Positions 17,833 to 25,579 of a DNA stretch of 25,579 bases are shown here, one piece after another (the first letter of the stretch is position 1; each line of letters opens with the position of its first letter). Where the stretch lies: the NCBI GenBank assembly GCA_033764315.1, contig JANRJA010000106.1, positions 1 through 25,579 of the forward strand. The letters are read 5' to 3'. Under the pieces are notes generated by a model. The model was not told where the DNA came from, ran no database searches, and saw only the letters and a list, made by a program, of their open reading frames with translations. Made by a program: the position numbers and the translations under genes. Source of the stretch: Oculatellaceae cyanobacterium bins.114. Lineage in GTDB: Bacteria; Cyanobacteriota; Cyanobacteriia; Elainellales; Elainellaceae.

Positions 17833-19836
17833 ATGGCTGTCGCAACCCAATCCCTCGATCAACTTTGTATTAATTCGATCCGTTTTCTGGCGATCGATGC
17901 TGTAGAAAAAGCCAAATCTGGTCACCCTGGATTGCCAATGGGCGCTGCTCCAATGGCATATGTCCTGTGGGATCAATTTATGCGGTTCAACCCCAAAAAT
18001 CCTTACTGGTTTAACCGCGATCGCTTTGTATTGTCCGCAGGTCATGGCTGCATGTTGCAGTATGCCCTGCTCCACCTCACAGGCTATGACAGTGTTCCGC
18101 TAGAGGAAATTAAACAGTTCCGCCAATGGGGTTCTAAGACTCCAGGACACCCTGAGAACTTTGAAACTCCGGGCGTTGAGGTGACTACTGGGCCTCTTGG
18201 ACAAGGTATCTGTAATGGAGTCGGGTTGGCGATCGCTGAAGCCCACCTTGCAGGCAAGTTTAACAAGCCTGATATCACCCTGGTTGACCATTACACCTAT
18301 GTCATTTTGGGTGATGGTTGCAATATGGAAGGGGTTTCGGGTGAAGCGTGCTCTCTTGCAGGTCACTTAGGACTGGGCAAACTGATTGCACTCTATGACG
18401 ACAACCACATCTCAATCGATGGTTCTACCGATATCTCTTTCACTGAAGATGTGGGTAAGCGGTTTGAAGCATATGGTTGGCACGTGCTGCATGTTGAAAA
18501 TGGCAACGATGATCTAGATGCTATTCACAAAGCTATCGAAGCGGCCAAAGCAGTAACCGATAAGCCTTCTATGATTAAAGTCACGACCACCATTGGTTAT
18601 GGCTCTCCAAACAAAGGTGGCACCGCTGATGTGCACGGGGCAGCATTGGGTGGCGACGAAGTGCAAGCGACCCGGTCTAATCTGGGTTGGGAGTATGGGC
18701 CTTTTGAGATTCCTGAAGATGCGTTGAGCCACTTCCGCAAAGCGATTGAGCGGGGTGCCTCCTATGAAGCGGAATGGAACGAAACGTTGGCGCAATACAA
18801 AGCCAAATATCCTGAGGAAGCGGCTGAGTTTGAGCGGTTTGTCAGTGGCAAGCTGCCAGAGGGTTGGGAAAGTGTGTTACCAACTTACACCCCTGAAGAT
18901 AAAGCATTGGCAACCCGCAAACACTCTGAGATCTGCTTAAATGCGATCGCCAAAGTATTGCCTGAGCTAATTGGTGGATCGGCTGACCTGACCCACTCTA
19001 ACTACACGTTGTTGAAAGGATTTGGTGACTTCCAAAAAGGTCAGTACCAGAATCGCAACCTGCGTTTTGGGGTGCGGGAGCATGGCATGGGTGCCATTTG
19101 TAACGGCATTGCGTTGCACAATTCTGGGTTGATTCCCTATGGGGCTACCTTCTTGGTGTTTGCTGACTACATGAGGGCGGCCATTCGGCTCTCGGCATTA
19201 GCTGAGGCTGGGGTGATTTATGTGATGACCCATGACTCAGTGGCATTGGGCGAAGATGGCCCAACTCACCAACCCGTTGAAACGATCGCCTCGCTGCGGG
19301 CAATCCCCAATTTGATTGTGCTACGTCCTGCCGATGGCACTGAGACCTCTGGTGCTTACAAAGTGGCGATTGAAAACCGCCATCGCCCCACCCTGTTGGC
19401 ACTGTCTCGGCAAAACTTGCCTAACTTGCCAACTAGCTCGATTGAGGGTGTGACCAAGGGAGCCTATGTGCTCTCAGGTGGTGAAGGCACGCCTGACCTG
19501 ATTTTGATTGGAACGGGTTCTGAAGTTAGCCTCTGTGTTAAAGCGGCAGAACAGTTAACCAGTGAAGGTAAGAAAGTGCGTGTGGTTTCGATGCCCTCTT
19601 GGGAATTGTTTGAAGAGCAAGACGCGGCTTATAAAGAGTCTGTGCTACCCAAAGGAACGAAGCGTCTGGTTGTGGAAGCGGCTTCTAGCTTTGGCTGGTG
19701 CCGTTACATTGGGCCTGAAGGAGACATGATCAGCATTGAAACCTTTGGTGCGTCAGCTCCGGGTGGGGTTTGTTTAGAGAAATTTGGCTACACCTTAGAG
19801 AACGTCGTAGCAAAAGCGAACGCTCTGTTGGGTTAG
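17833..19836 (+). CDS. tkt: Transketolase
   Basis: [57 protein letters not shown]. Confidence 0.98.
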   Translation: MAVATQSLDQLCINSIRFLAIDAVEKAKSGHPGLPMGAAPMAYVLWDQFMRFNPKNPYWFNRDRFVLSAGHGCMLQYALLHLTGYDSVPLEEIKQFRQWGSKTPGHPENFETPGVEVTTGPLGQGICNGVGLAIAEAHLAGKFNKPDITLVDHYTYVILGDGCNMEGVSGEACSLAGHLGLGKLIALYDDNHISIDGSTDISFTEDVGKRFEAYGWHVLHVENGNDDLDAIHKAIEAAKAVTDKPSMIKVTTTIGYGSPNKGGTADVHGAALGGDEVQATRSNLGWEYGPFEIPEDALSHFRKAIERGASYEAEWNETLAQYKAKYPEEAAEFERFVSGKLPEGWESVLPTYTPEDKALATRKHSEICLNAIAKVLPELIGGSADLTHSNYTLLKGFGDFQKGQYQNRNLRFGVREHGMGAICNGIALHNSGLIPYGATFLVFADYMRAAIRLSALAEAGVIYVMTHDSVALGEDGPTHQPVETIASLRAIPNLIVLRPADGTETSGAYKVAIENRHRPTLLALSRQNLPNLPTSSIEGVTKGAYVLSGGEGTPDLILIGTGSEVSLCVKAAEQLTSEGKKVRVVSMPSWELFEEQDAAYKESVLPKGTKRLVVEAASSFGWCRYIGPEGDMISIETFGASAPGGVCLEKFGYTLENVVAKANALLG

Positions 19837-19887
19837 TCCTGGAGGCGATCGCTCCCAGTTAGAAGCGATCGCCCAACCTGAATTGAG

Positions 19888-19919
19888 AGAGGGTGGCTTT
19901 AGAGCTATCCTCTTTTTTT
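19888..19919 (+). terminator. Rho-independent terminator after tkt
   Basis: AGAGGGTGGCT-TTAG-AGCTATCCTCT followed by a T run. Confidence 0.8.
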
Positions 19920-20048
19920 GGTTTGAAAAATTTTAGAGACAGTTTCTAAAACGCCCCTACCGCCGATCTGTGACCCTTATAGTTCTACGCATCAACGTTG
20001 GAACCCCAGTCGGGTGAACGGCACAGCCCCTGTACCCCGTCTTAACCT

Positions 20049-20126
20049 AACGTCAGTTCGGTTTAAGCAGCCCAGCGAATAAATCCGCAGCTACCAGAGC
20101 AAAGTCCGCCTTCGCAGACTACCAAA
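20049..20126 (-). mobile_element. Half copy (inverted) of the 169-bp MITE/REPIN-like element
   Basis: The reverse complement TTTGGTAGTCTGCGAAGGCGGACTTTGCTCTGGTAGCTGCGGATTTATTCGCTGGGCTGCTTAAACCGAACTGACGTT matches the right halves of the copies at 25243-25576. Confidence 0.85.
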
Positions 20127-20131
20127 GGGTG

Positions 20132-20959
20132 TTACTCAGACACCCAGGCAGAGGGTTCGTCATAAATCTGCACAAAGTCTCTATTTTGGTCAAAGACAAC
20201 CCGAATAGAGCTAGTTTGACCCACCTCTAGATAGCCCGATCGCCAGGGACGACTACTCAAAGTTGGGCGAAATTGCAGGTGATAAGCACCAGGACTGAGA
20301 TAAATCGATTGTTGAGCATTGCTGCCCGTAAAGGACAATTCTTGCTCACCATCGATTCCCTCGATGGAGACAGTGACCCACTCATCTGAGAGCGACGTTA
20401 ACTCTAATCGAGTTCCTTCGTTGGAGTAGGGTAAATCGGAAGCGTTGCTTTGCCAGTTGTTATAACGCCCATTATTCCGATATTCCCAATCTTGACGTTG
20501 GTTTTCCCAATCACGGCGTTGGTTCTCCCAATACTGTGAGTTTTGTCGCTGCTCCCAGTCTGGATCATTCCGTTGTTGTTCCCATTGATAGCGATCTTGT
20601 TGGCTCTGGCGATTATCCCAATAGTCTTCGTTGTCATTCCAGCGTTGATCGTTGCGATTATCCCACCAGTCGCTGTTGTGGCGATCGTCGTTGTCATCAT
20701 CATCGTCGTTTCGGTCATTTTGCCAGCGGTCTTGCATCTCGGCTTGCCGTTGACGTTCTTGTTCGCGTCGGGCGGCTTCTTGTTGGCGTTGGCGATCGCG
20801 GCTGGCGTTTTGTTTCAACAGTGAGGAAGCAGCCTCCTCTACTTTGGTGATGGGGGTGCTATTTCCTGAGAATGGCACCGATGAGGCGATTGACTCTGCG
20901 GCAAATCCTCCGTTAAGAGTCAGTAAAACAGTTGTGGCGATTAAAACTTGACGTTTCAT
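20132..20959 (-). CDS. Hypothetical exported protein with D/N/Q/R/W low-complexity centre and beta-rich C-terminal domain
   Basis: Signal-like N-terminus MKRQVLIATTVLLTLNGGFAA, GAGGTG RBS, repeated WDNR/WENQR/DWE units. Confidence 0.8.
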   Translation of the reverse strand: MKRQVLIATTVLLTLNGGFAAESIASSVPFSGNSTPITKVEEAASSLLKQNASRDRQRQQEAARREQERQRQAEMQDRWQNDRNDDDDDNDDRHNSDWWDNRNDQRWNDNEDYWDNRQSQQDRYQWEQQRNDPDWEQRQNSQYWENQRRDWENQRQDWEYRNNGRYNNWQSNASDLPYSNEGTRLELTSLSDEWVTVSIEGIDGEQELSFTGSNAQQSIYLSPGAYHLQFRPTLSSRPWRSGYLEVGQTSSIRVVFDQNRDFVQIYDEPSAWVSE

Positions 20960-21193
20960 TGCATCTCACCTCAAAACAGGCTCAAAGTCAGACTCTTTTC
21001 CGTCTGATCTATCTATCTAGACTGACATTCTTTAGCAATTGTTGCCTTCATGCCAGTGGAGGAGTTCAATGAGGTGAAATCACTGTAGAACTTACAGACC
21101 GAATAGTTCACCCGAATGGCTAATTCCCTGAGATGAAGTGCGATCGCTCGGTACCTATTTAGATTGAGAAGAGATTGAGCAGCGGTTAGCAAT

Positions 21194-22267
21194 ATGGCAT
21201 ATATTCCAGGCAACAGTAGAAACAACACCCTAACAGGTACGTCTAGCGACGACCTCATCTATGGCTATGCAGGTGACGATACATTGTATGGCTATGACAA
21301 TGAGGACTCTCTCTATGGGGGAGATGGAGACGATCGCCTCTATGGGGGAGACGATGATGATGAATTATTTGGTGGCTCCAATGAAGATCGATTGTCTGGA
21401 GGAGAGGGCAACGACGAGCTCAATGGCGGCAGCGGTGATGACGACCTCTTAGGGGGCAACGGCACCGATGACCTGTTTGGGGATAGTGGCAAAGATTTCT
21501 TGGACGGCAATGATGATAATGATCGGCTCTCTGGTGGGAGTGGGGATGATTTTTTGGAAGGCGGTGATGGCAACGATACCTTGGCAGGGGGTAGAGGAGA
21601 CGATCGCCTCTATGGGGAAGATGGAGCCGATTACATCAACGGCAACGATGATAATGACAGCCTCTATGGTGGATTTGGCGCAGACACCCTGGATGGTGAA
21701 GCAGGCGATGACCAGTTAGATGGGGGGAGTGATGCTGACCAACTCTTTGGAGGTACAGGGAGCGATCGCTTACTAGGAGGGAATGAAAACGACTTTCTCA
21801 GTGGGGGTGATGGTGCAGACACCCTTGATGGTGGCAATGGGTTAGATGGTCTATATGGAGGGGCGGGCAACGATGACCTGACTGGCTTAGGCGGCAACGA
21901 TACGCTAGTTGGGGTCAACGAAACAGCGGCTGGATCTGGCAGAAACGAGATCGATGAGATGACAGGCGGCAGTGGACGCGATCTCTTTATCGTAGGGAAT
22001 GCCACTAAAGTCTTTTATGACGATGGACGTCGCTTTGTAGCTGGGTTGCAAGACTACGCGTTGATTCGTGACTTCCGACGTCAGGTAGACTTTATTCAGC
22101 TAAAAGGCACCGCCGCTGACTATCTCATCAAACGAGGCACAGGTAATGCTAGAGGCAGTGTTGGTATCTATCTCAACCAACCTGGACGCAGACCTGACGA
22201 ATTGATTGCAGTTGTTGAGAGCGTGCCAAATCTGAGCCTTGCTCAACCCTACTTCACTTTTGTCTAG
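21194..22267 (+). CDS. RTX-type (hemolysin-like) calcium-binding repeat protein
   Basis: More than 20 GGxGxDxLx nonapeptides; C-terminal D.MTGG.G.D.F...DYALI.DF....D.IQL typical of cyanobacterial RTX proteins. Confidence 0.93.
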   Translation: MAYIPGNSRNNTLTGTSSDDLIYGYAGDDTLYGYDNEDSLYGGDGDDRLYGGDDDDELFGGSNEDRLSGGEGNDELNGGSGDDDLLGGNGTDDLFGDSGKDFLDGNDDNDRLSGGSGDDFLEGGDGNDTLAGGRGDDRLYGEDGADYINGNDDNDSLYGGFGADTLDGEAGDDQLDGGSDADQLFGGTGSDRLLGGNENDFLSGGDGADTLDGGNGLDGLYGGAGNDDLTGLGGNDTLVGVNETAAGSGRNEIDEMTGGSGRDLFIVGNATKVFYDDGRRFVAGLQDYALIRDFRRQVDFIQLKGTAADYLIKRGTGNARGSVGIYLNQPGRRPDELIAVVESVPNLSLAQPYFTFV

Positions 22268-22408
22268 ACAGGATTCGTTAAGAGCTAAGAGCGGCTGACG
22301 GAGCAAAAATTAAAAAACTTCGCGGTTTGACATCATTCTCAAGAGAGAACAGTTATGGTAGTGGGGTCATTGTTATAGAACGATGGCTCCGCTTCAGCGT
22401 TGACTGCT

Positions 22409-23146
22409 ATGCCGCTCTTTCACCTCTCTCATTTGCCCTACTGGATTTTTCTAGGAATGGGCGTATCGCTTTTCTTGTTCGTCATCCTGGCAGGCGGAGG
22501 GGATGATAATGCTGATTTAGAGGCAGACATAGATGCTGATTTAGACGCAGATCTGACCCTAGATGCTGATGGCAATCCCTTTGATCTAGACACTGATGCT
22601 GATGGAGGTGACTTTAATCTGTCTCAACTGGTTGCCTGGTTGGGCATTGGTCGCGCCCCTTTAGTCTTGCTGTTGGCAACTGATTTGAGTCTGTGGGGTG
22701 TCTTGGGCTGGATGATCAATGTCTTTGTTGGGGGCATTTTAGGCAATTTGTTGGGTGGCTTTGTTGGCATTGTTATTTTGCTCATTTCCCTGGTGGGTTC
22801 ATTGGTGCTTGGTGGACAGATCGCGAAACCCATTGGCAAAGTCTTTGCCTCATTTGGGGAAGATGTTGGGGGCGATCGCCTGATTGGGTGCGTCGGCACG
22901 GTCAGCACGGCTCAAGTTCCTGTCACTGGGCAAAACCGCATTGGTCAGGTAGATGTGTTAGACCCTGCCCGTAACCGAGTCACGGTGAATGCAGTTTTAC
23001 CCGATTGGGCAACCATCACTCCCCAGCGGGGGGAAAGGGTTTTAGTGATTGAGCGATTGGATTCAGCTTATTTAGTCATTGTTAAAGACAGCCCTGATCA
23101 AGATCAGTGGTTTCATCACACGTCTCATTCCAAACCGTCGCGTTAG
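22409..23146 (+). CDS. YqiJ-like / NfeD-type OB-fold membrane protein (flotillin partner)
   Basis: N-terminal TM, acidic DAD linker, WLGIGRAPLVLLL, further TMs, then LIG.VGTV...GQV.V.D OB-fold pattern; directly upstream of the flotillin gene. Confidence 0.8.
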   Translation: MPLFHLSHLPYWIFLGMGVSLFLFVILAGGGDDNADLEADIDADLDADLTLDADGNPFDLDTDADGGDFNLSQLVAWLGIGRAPLVLLLATDLSLWGVLGWMINVFVGGILGNLLGGFVGIVILLISLVGSLVLGGQIAKPIGKVFASFGEDVGGDRLIGCVGTVSTAQVPVTGQNRIGQVDVLDPARNRVTVNAVLPDWATITPQRGERVLVIERLDSAYLVIVKDSPDQDQWFHHTSHSKPSR

Positions 23147-23158
23147 GTGGGTTATTTT

Positions 23159-25144
23159 ATGTTGTTTTGGCTCTCCTTGATTCAATCTCTTCCCAATATT
23201 TCTTCTGTGGAAACAACGACTCCTCGGTTGGCTCCATCCCAAAACACAAAACTATTACCGATCGCCCATTCCTCACCTGTTTTACATTCCCCGTCGATTC
23301 ATACAAGCTCCTTGCAATTGGTGTCTCATCCCACCCTGGGGCAACTGCAAACGGCTTCTACGGCTGGAGCATTGGGCAGTGTTGCTTTTTTTGCGGGAAT
23401 TGTGGCGGGTTTAATCGTGTTATTGCTGTTAGGGGTGTGGGCCTACACGCGTGTGTATGTAATCACGCCAAACAACGAGGCATTTGTGCGAACTGGGGGC
23501 GTTTTTATTAAGCAAAAAACCGTCATTCTCAATGGAGGATGCGTTGTTCTGCCGGGGTTTCACGAGTTAACTCGCGTTCCGTTGCGAGAGATTTCGATTG
23601 ATGTCGAGCGCACTGGAAAACTCGCTGTGCGGACGCAAGATTATCTGCGGGCTGATATGCGAGTCACCTTCTATGTCTGCATTACTGCCTCCGAAGAGGA
23701 TGTGTTAACGGCGGCGGCACGGCTCTCTCAAGGCAACCGCATTACCCCTGAGGATATTAAAAATGCGTTAGAAAAACGAGCCGATGATGCGATCCGGGCA
23801 GCGGCTAAAACCAAGAGTCTGGCAGAGATCGACTCAGACAAATTGGGCTTTGCTCAGGAGGTCTTGAACCTGGTGCAGCAAGATTTGGGTAAGGTCGGTT
23901 TAACGCTAAACAACATTGCAATTTCTGAAATTCAAGAAAGCGATACCTACGACACGAATAACTTTTTTGATGCTCAAGGCGTGCGGTTGCGAACAGAAAC
24001 CATTCAAAAGTCGATTCAACAAAAGCGTGAAGTTGAGTTAACCACTCAAGTGGCGATCGAACAAAAGGAACTGGATGCTGAGAAGCGATCGCTCCAAATT
24101 ATGCAAGAGAAAGAGAGTGCCCGACTAGAACAGCAGTTTCAAGTAGAAGCCTTGAAAGCCCAACGAGAGCGAGAAATTCAAGAGGCCCAAGATCGAGAAA
24201 CTGCAACCACGCAACGAACTAAAATTTTGCAACAAAAGTCCGTTGAAGAAGAAGAGATTCGGCGGACGCTGGGTGTGAGGCAAAGTCAAATTGATGCGGA
24301 TATTGAGCTAGAAGAACGCAATAAGAAACTGAAAGTAGCGCAAGCTTTGCAGCAACAAGAAGCAGAACTGGCAGAAATTAACCGCAAGAAAATTGTGGAC
24401 TCTCAAAGCCTGGAGGCGCAGGTGCAGGTGGCAGAGTCCGAACGATTGGCACGCATTGCTCAAGAAGATGTGGCGATCGCGATCGCGGCAAAACGTAAAG
24501 AGAGCTTTCAGGCGGAGGCACAACGGGCAAGAGCAGAGGCATCGGTCAGCACGGCAACCGAGATTGAAGTGGCAGAAAGGCAGCGTCAGTTGTCGGTGAT
24601 TGCCGCTCAACGAGAAGCAGAGGAACGTCGCATTGCTGACCAAAATATCGTGGAAATTGATGTCTTCCGGCGGCGACGGCAAGCCGAGATCGCCAAACAA
24701 GCCGCAGAACTGGAAGCCGAAGCCATTCGGACGCTGGCAGACGCAAACCGAGACAAATCCCTGGCAGACGCTGAGGGAATTCAAGCTCAAATTGCGGCTC
24801 GTAACCTGATCAGCAACGCTCGCCTCACCGCTGATACCTTCACCACTATCTGGCCTGAGTTGGCAGAACGCTTACCTGAAGTGCTGAGTGCTCTAGCTCC
24901 TCAACCGGGTGTGTTGGGTGATGCTCGCATTTACTCCTTCCCTGGATCGAATGGCAACGGCAGCGGTGGTGCTCAAGATGTCAACAAGCTGTTGTTCTCA
25001 ACTAGTGGCTTGGCACTGATTAATACATTGCTAGAGGATGGCAAACTGGCAGGGTTGATTGCTCAGGTGAAGCAGTTAATGAGCGATAACGGCACTCCTC
25101 CAAGTTCAGCAACTGTGCCAACAGAGGTGAATGAGACGAGATAG
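23159..25144 (+). CDS. Flotillin/SPFH (band 7) family protein, YqiK-like
   Basis: TM followed by NEAFVRTG, GGCVVLPGFH, VRTQDYLRADMRVTFYV, NNFFDAQG and a long E/A/Q/R coiled coil; start is GTG 23147 or ATG 23159. Confidence 0.9.
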   Translation: MLFWLSLIQSLPNISSVETTTPRLAPSQNTKLLPIAHSSPVLHSPSIHTSSLQLVSHPTLGQLQTASTAGALGSVAFFAGIVAGLIVLLLLGVWAYTRVYVITPNNEAFVRTGGVFIKQKTVILNGGCVVLPGFHELTRVPLREISIDVERTGKLAVRTQDYLRADMRVTFYVCITASEEDVLTAAARLSQGNRITPEDIKNALEKRADDAIRAAAKTKSLAEIDSDKLGFAQEVLNLVQQDLGKVGLTLNNIAISEIQESDTYDTNNFFDAQGVRLRTETIQKSIQQKREVELTTQVAIEQKELDAEKRSLQIMQEKESARLEQQFQVEALKAQREREIQEAQDRETATTQRTKILQQKSVEEEEIRRTLGVRQSQIDADIELEERNKKLKVAQALQQQEAELAEINRKKIVDSQSLEAQVQVAESERLARIAQEDVAIAIAAKRKESFQAEAQRARAEASVSTATEIEVAERQRQLSVIAAQREAEERRIADQNIVEIDVFRRRRQAEIAKQAAELEAEAIRTLADANRDKSLADAEGIQAQIAARNLISNARLTADTFTTIWPELAERLPEVLSALAPQPGVLGDARIYSFPGSNGNGSGGAQDVNKLLFSTSGLALINTLLEDGKLAGLIAQVKQLMSDNGTPPSSATVPTEVNETR

Positions 25145-25242
25145 CTAAGAAGCTGTCATGCTGCTGATTGGCTAGACGGCCTTGTAACTTTGTTTCTCTA
25201 TTCTGTCTTGAGGCTAGATGGCTGAATTTAGGAGATCATGTG

Positions 25243-25576
25243 GATTTCAGTTCGGGATAAGGATTTTGGCGGTTGAAACCGCTGCTATACGAGCAAAACC
25301 GACCTGCGTCGGTTCAGTAAACCTTTGATTTTGGTAGTCCGCGACAGCGGACTTCGCTCTGGTAGCCGCGAATTTATTCGCTGAGCTGCTTCAACTGAAC
25401 TGACGTTAATTAACGTGAATTCGGGATAAGGATTTTGGCGGTTGAAACCGCAACTACAGGAGCAAAACCGACCTGCGTCGGTTCACTCACCCCTTGATTC
25501 TCCGTAGTTCGCGAAGGCGAACTTCGCTCTGATAGCTGCGAATTTATTCGCTAGGCTCTTAAACCGAACTGACGTT
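25243..25576. mobile_element. Two tandem copies (period 169 bp) of a structured MITE/REPIN-like element
   Basis: Copy 1 spans ~25243-25407 and copy 2 spans 25412-25576. Ends are AACGTGAATTCGG...CCGAACTGACGTT, the junction is TTAATTAA, and each copy has four internal hairpins. Confidence 0.85.
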
Positions 25577-25579
25577 AAT

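Larger units (their letters stand above)
219..24486. repeat. HIP1 octamer GCGATCGC, dispersed (roughly 40 copies by eye)
   Basis: For example near 219, 1063, 2182, 8468, 13572, 19845, 19865 and an overlapping pair near 24473-24486. Confidence 0.95.

Noticed and set aside
20404-20850. Overlapping ORFs 20404-20718, 20536-20850 and 20543-20824
   Set aside because: Shadow frames caused by the low-complexity repeat of the 275-aa gene.
21261-22005. Alternative ORFs within the RTX gene
   Set aside because: Shadow frames of the GGxGxD repeats (Ser/Pro- or Met-rich artefacts).
2139-24809. Other short ORFs in the track that overlap housekeeping genes (e.g. 2139-2423, 5371-5706, 6999-7262, 11776-12069, 24308-24790)
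   Set aside because: They overlap well-supported genes in other frames and show no recognisable motifs.
25243-25579. CRISPR array
   Set aside because: The whole 169-bp unit is repeated with no unique spacers, and no cas genes are present.

Overview
This is cyanobacterial chromosomal DNA: HIP1 octamers (GCGATCGC) occur throughout, psb30/ycf12 is present, and the gene orders DUF751-rbfA-GH3 and acpP-fabF-tkt are typical. Most of the window is housekeeping (rbfA, hemB, prs, ubiD, corA, apt, a dppB/oppB-type permease, acpP, fabF, tkt). The first ~3.1 kb is accessory and the most interesting part. There, the end of a probable IS701-family element appears to cut the 5' end of a NACHT-NTPase/GUN4-domain gene. 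That gene's 3' end carries a 54-nt cytosine-free G/T tract, followed 7 bp after the stop by a perfect 35-bp palindrome. This palindrome and a covarying sister copy bracket a REP-associated HUH tyrosine transposase (RAYT). The right end holds a secreted low-complexity protein, an RTX Ca-binding protein, a YqiJ/YqiK-like (OB-fold plus flotillin) pair and a tandem ~169-bp structured MITE/REPIN-like element, which has a half copy at ~20.05 kb. All calls come from reading the sequence; no database searches were run.
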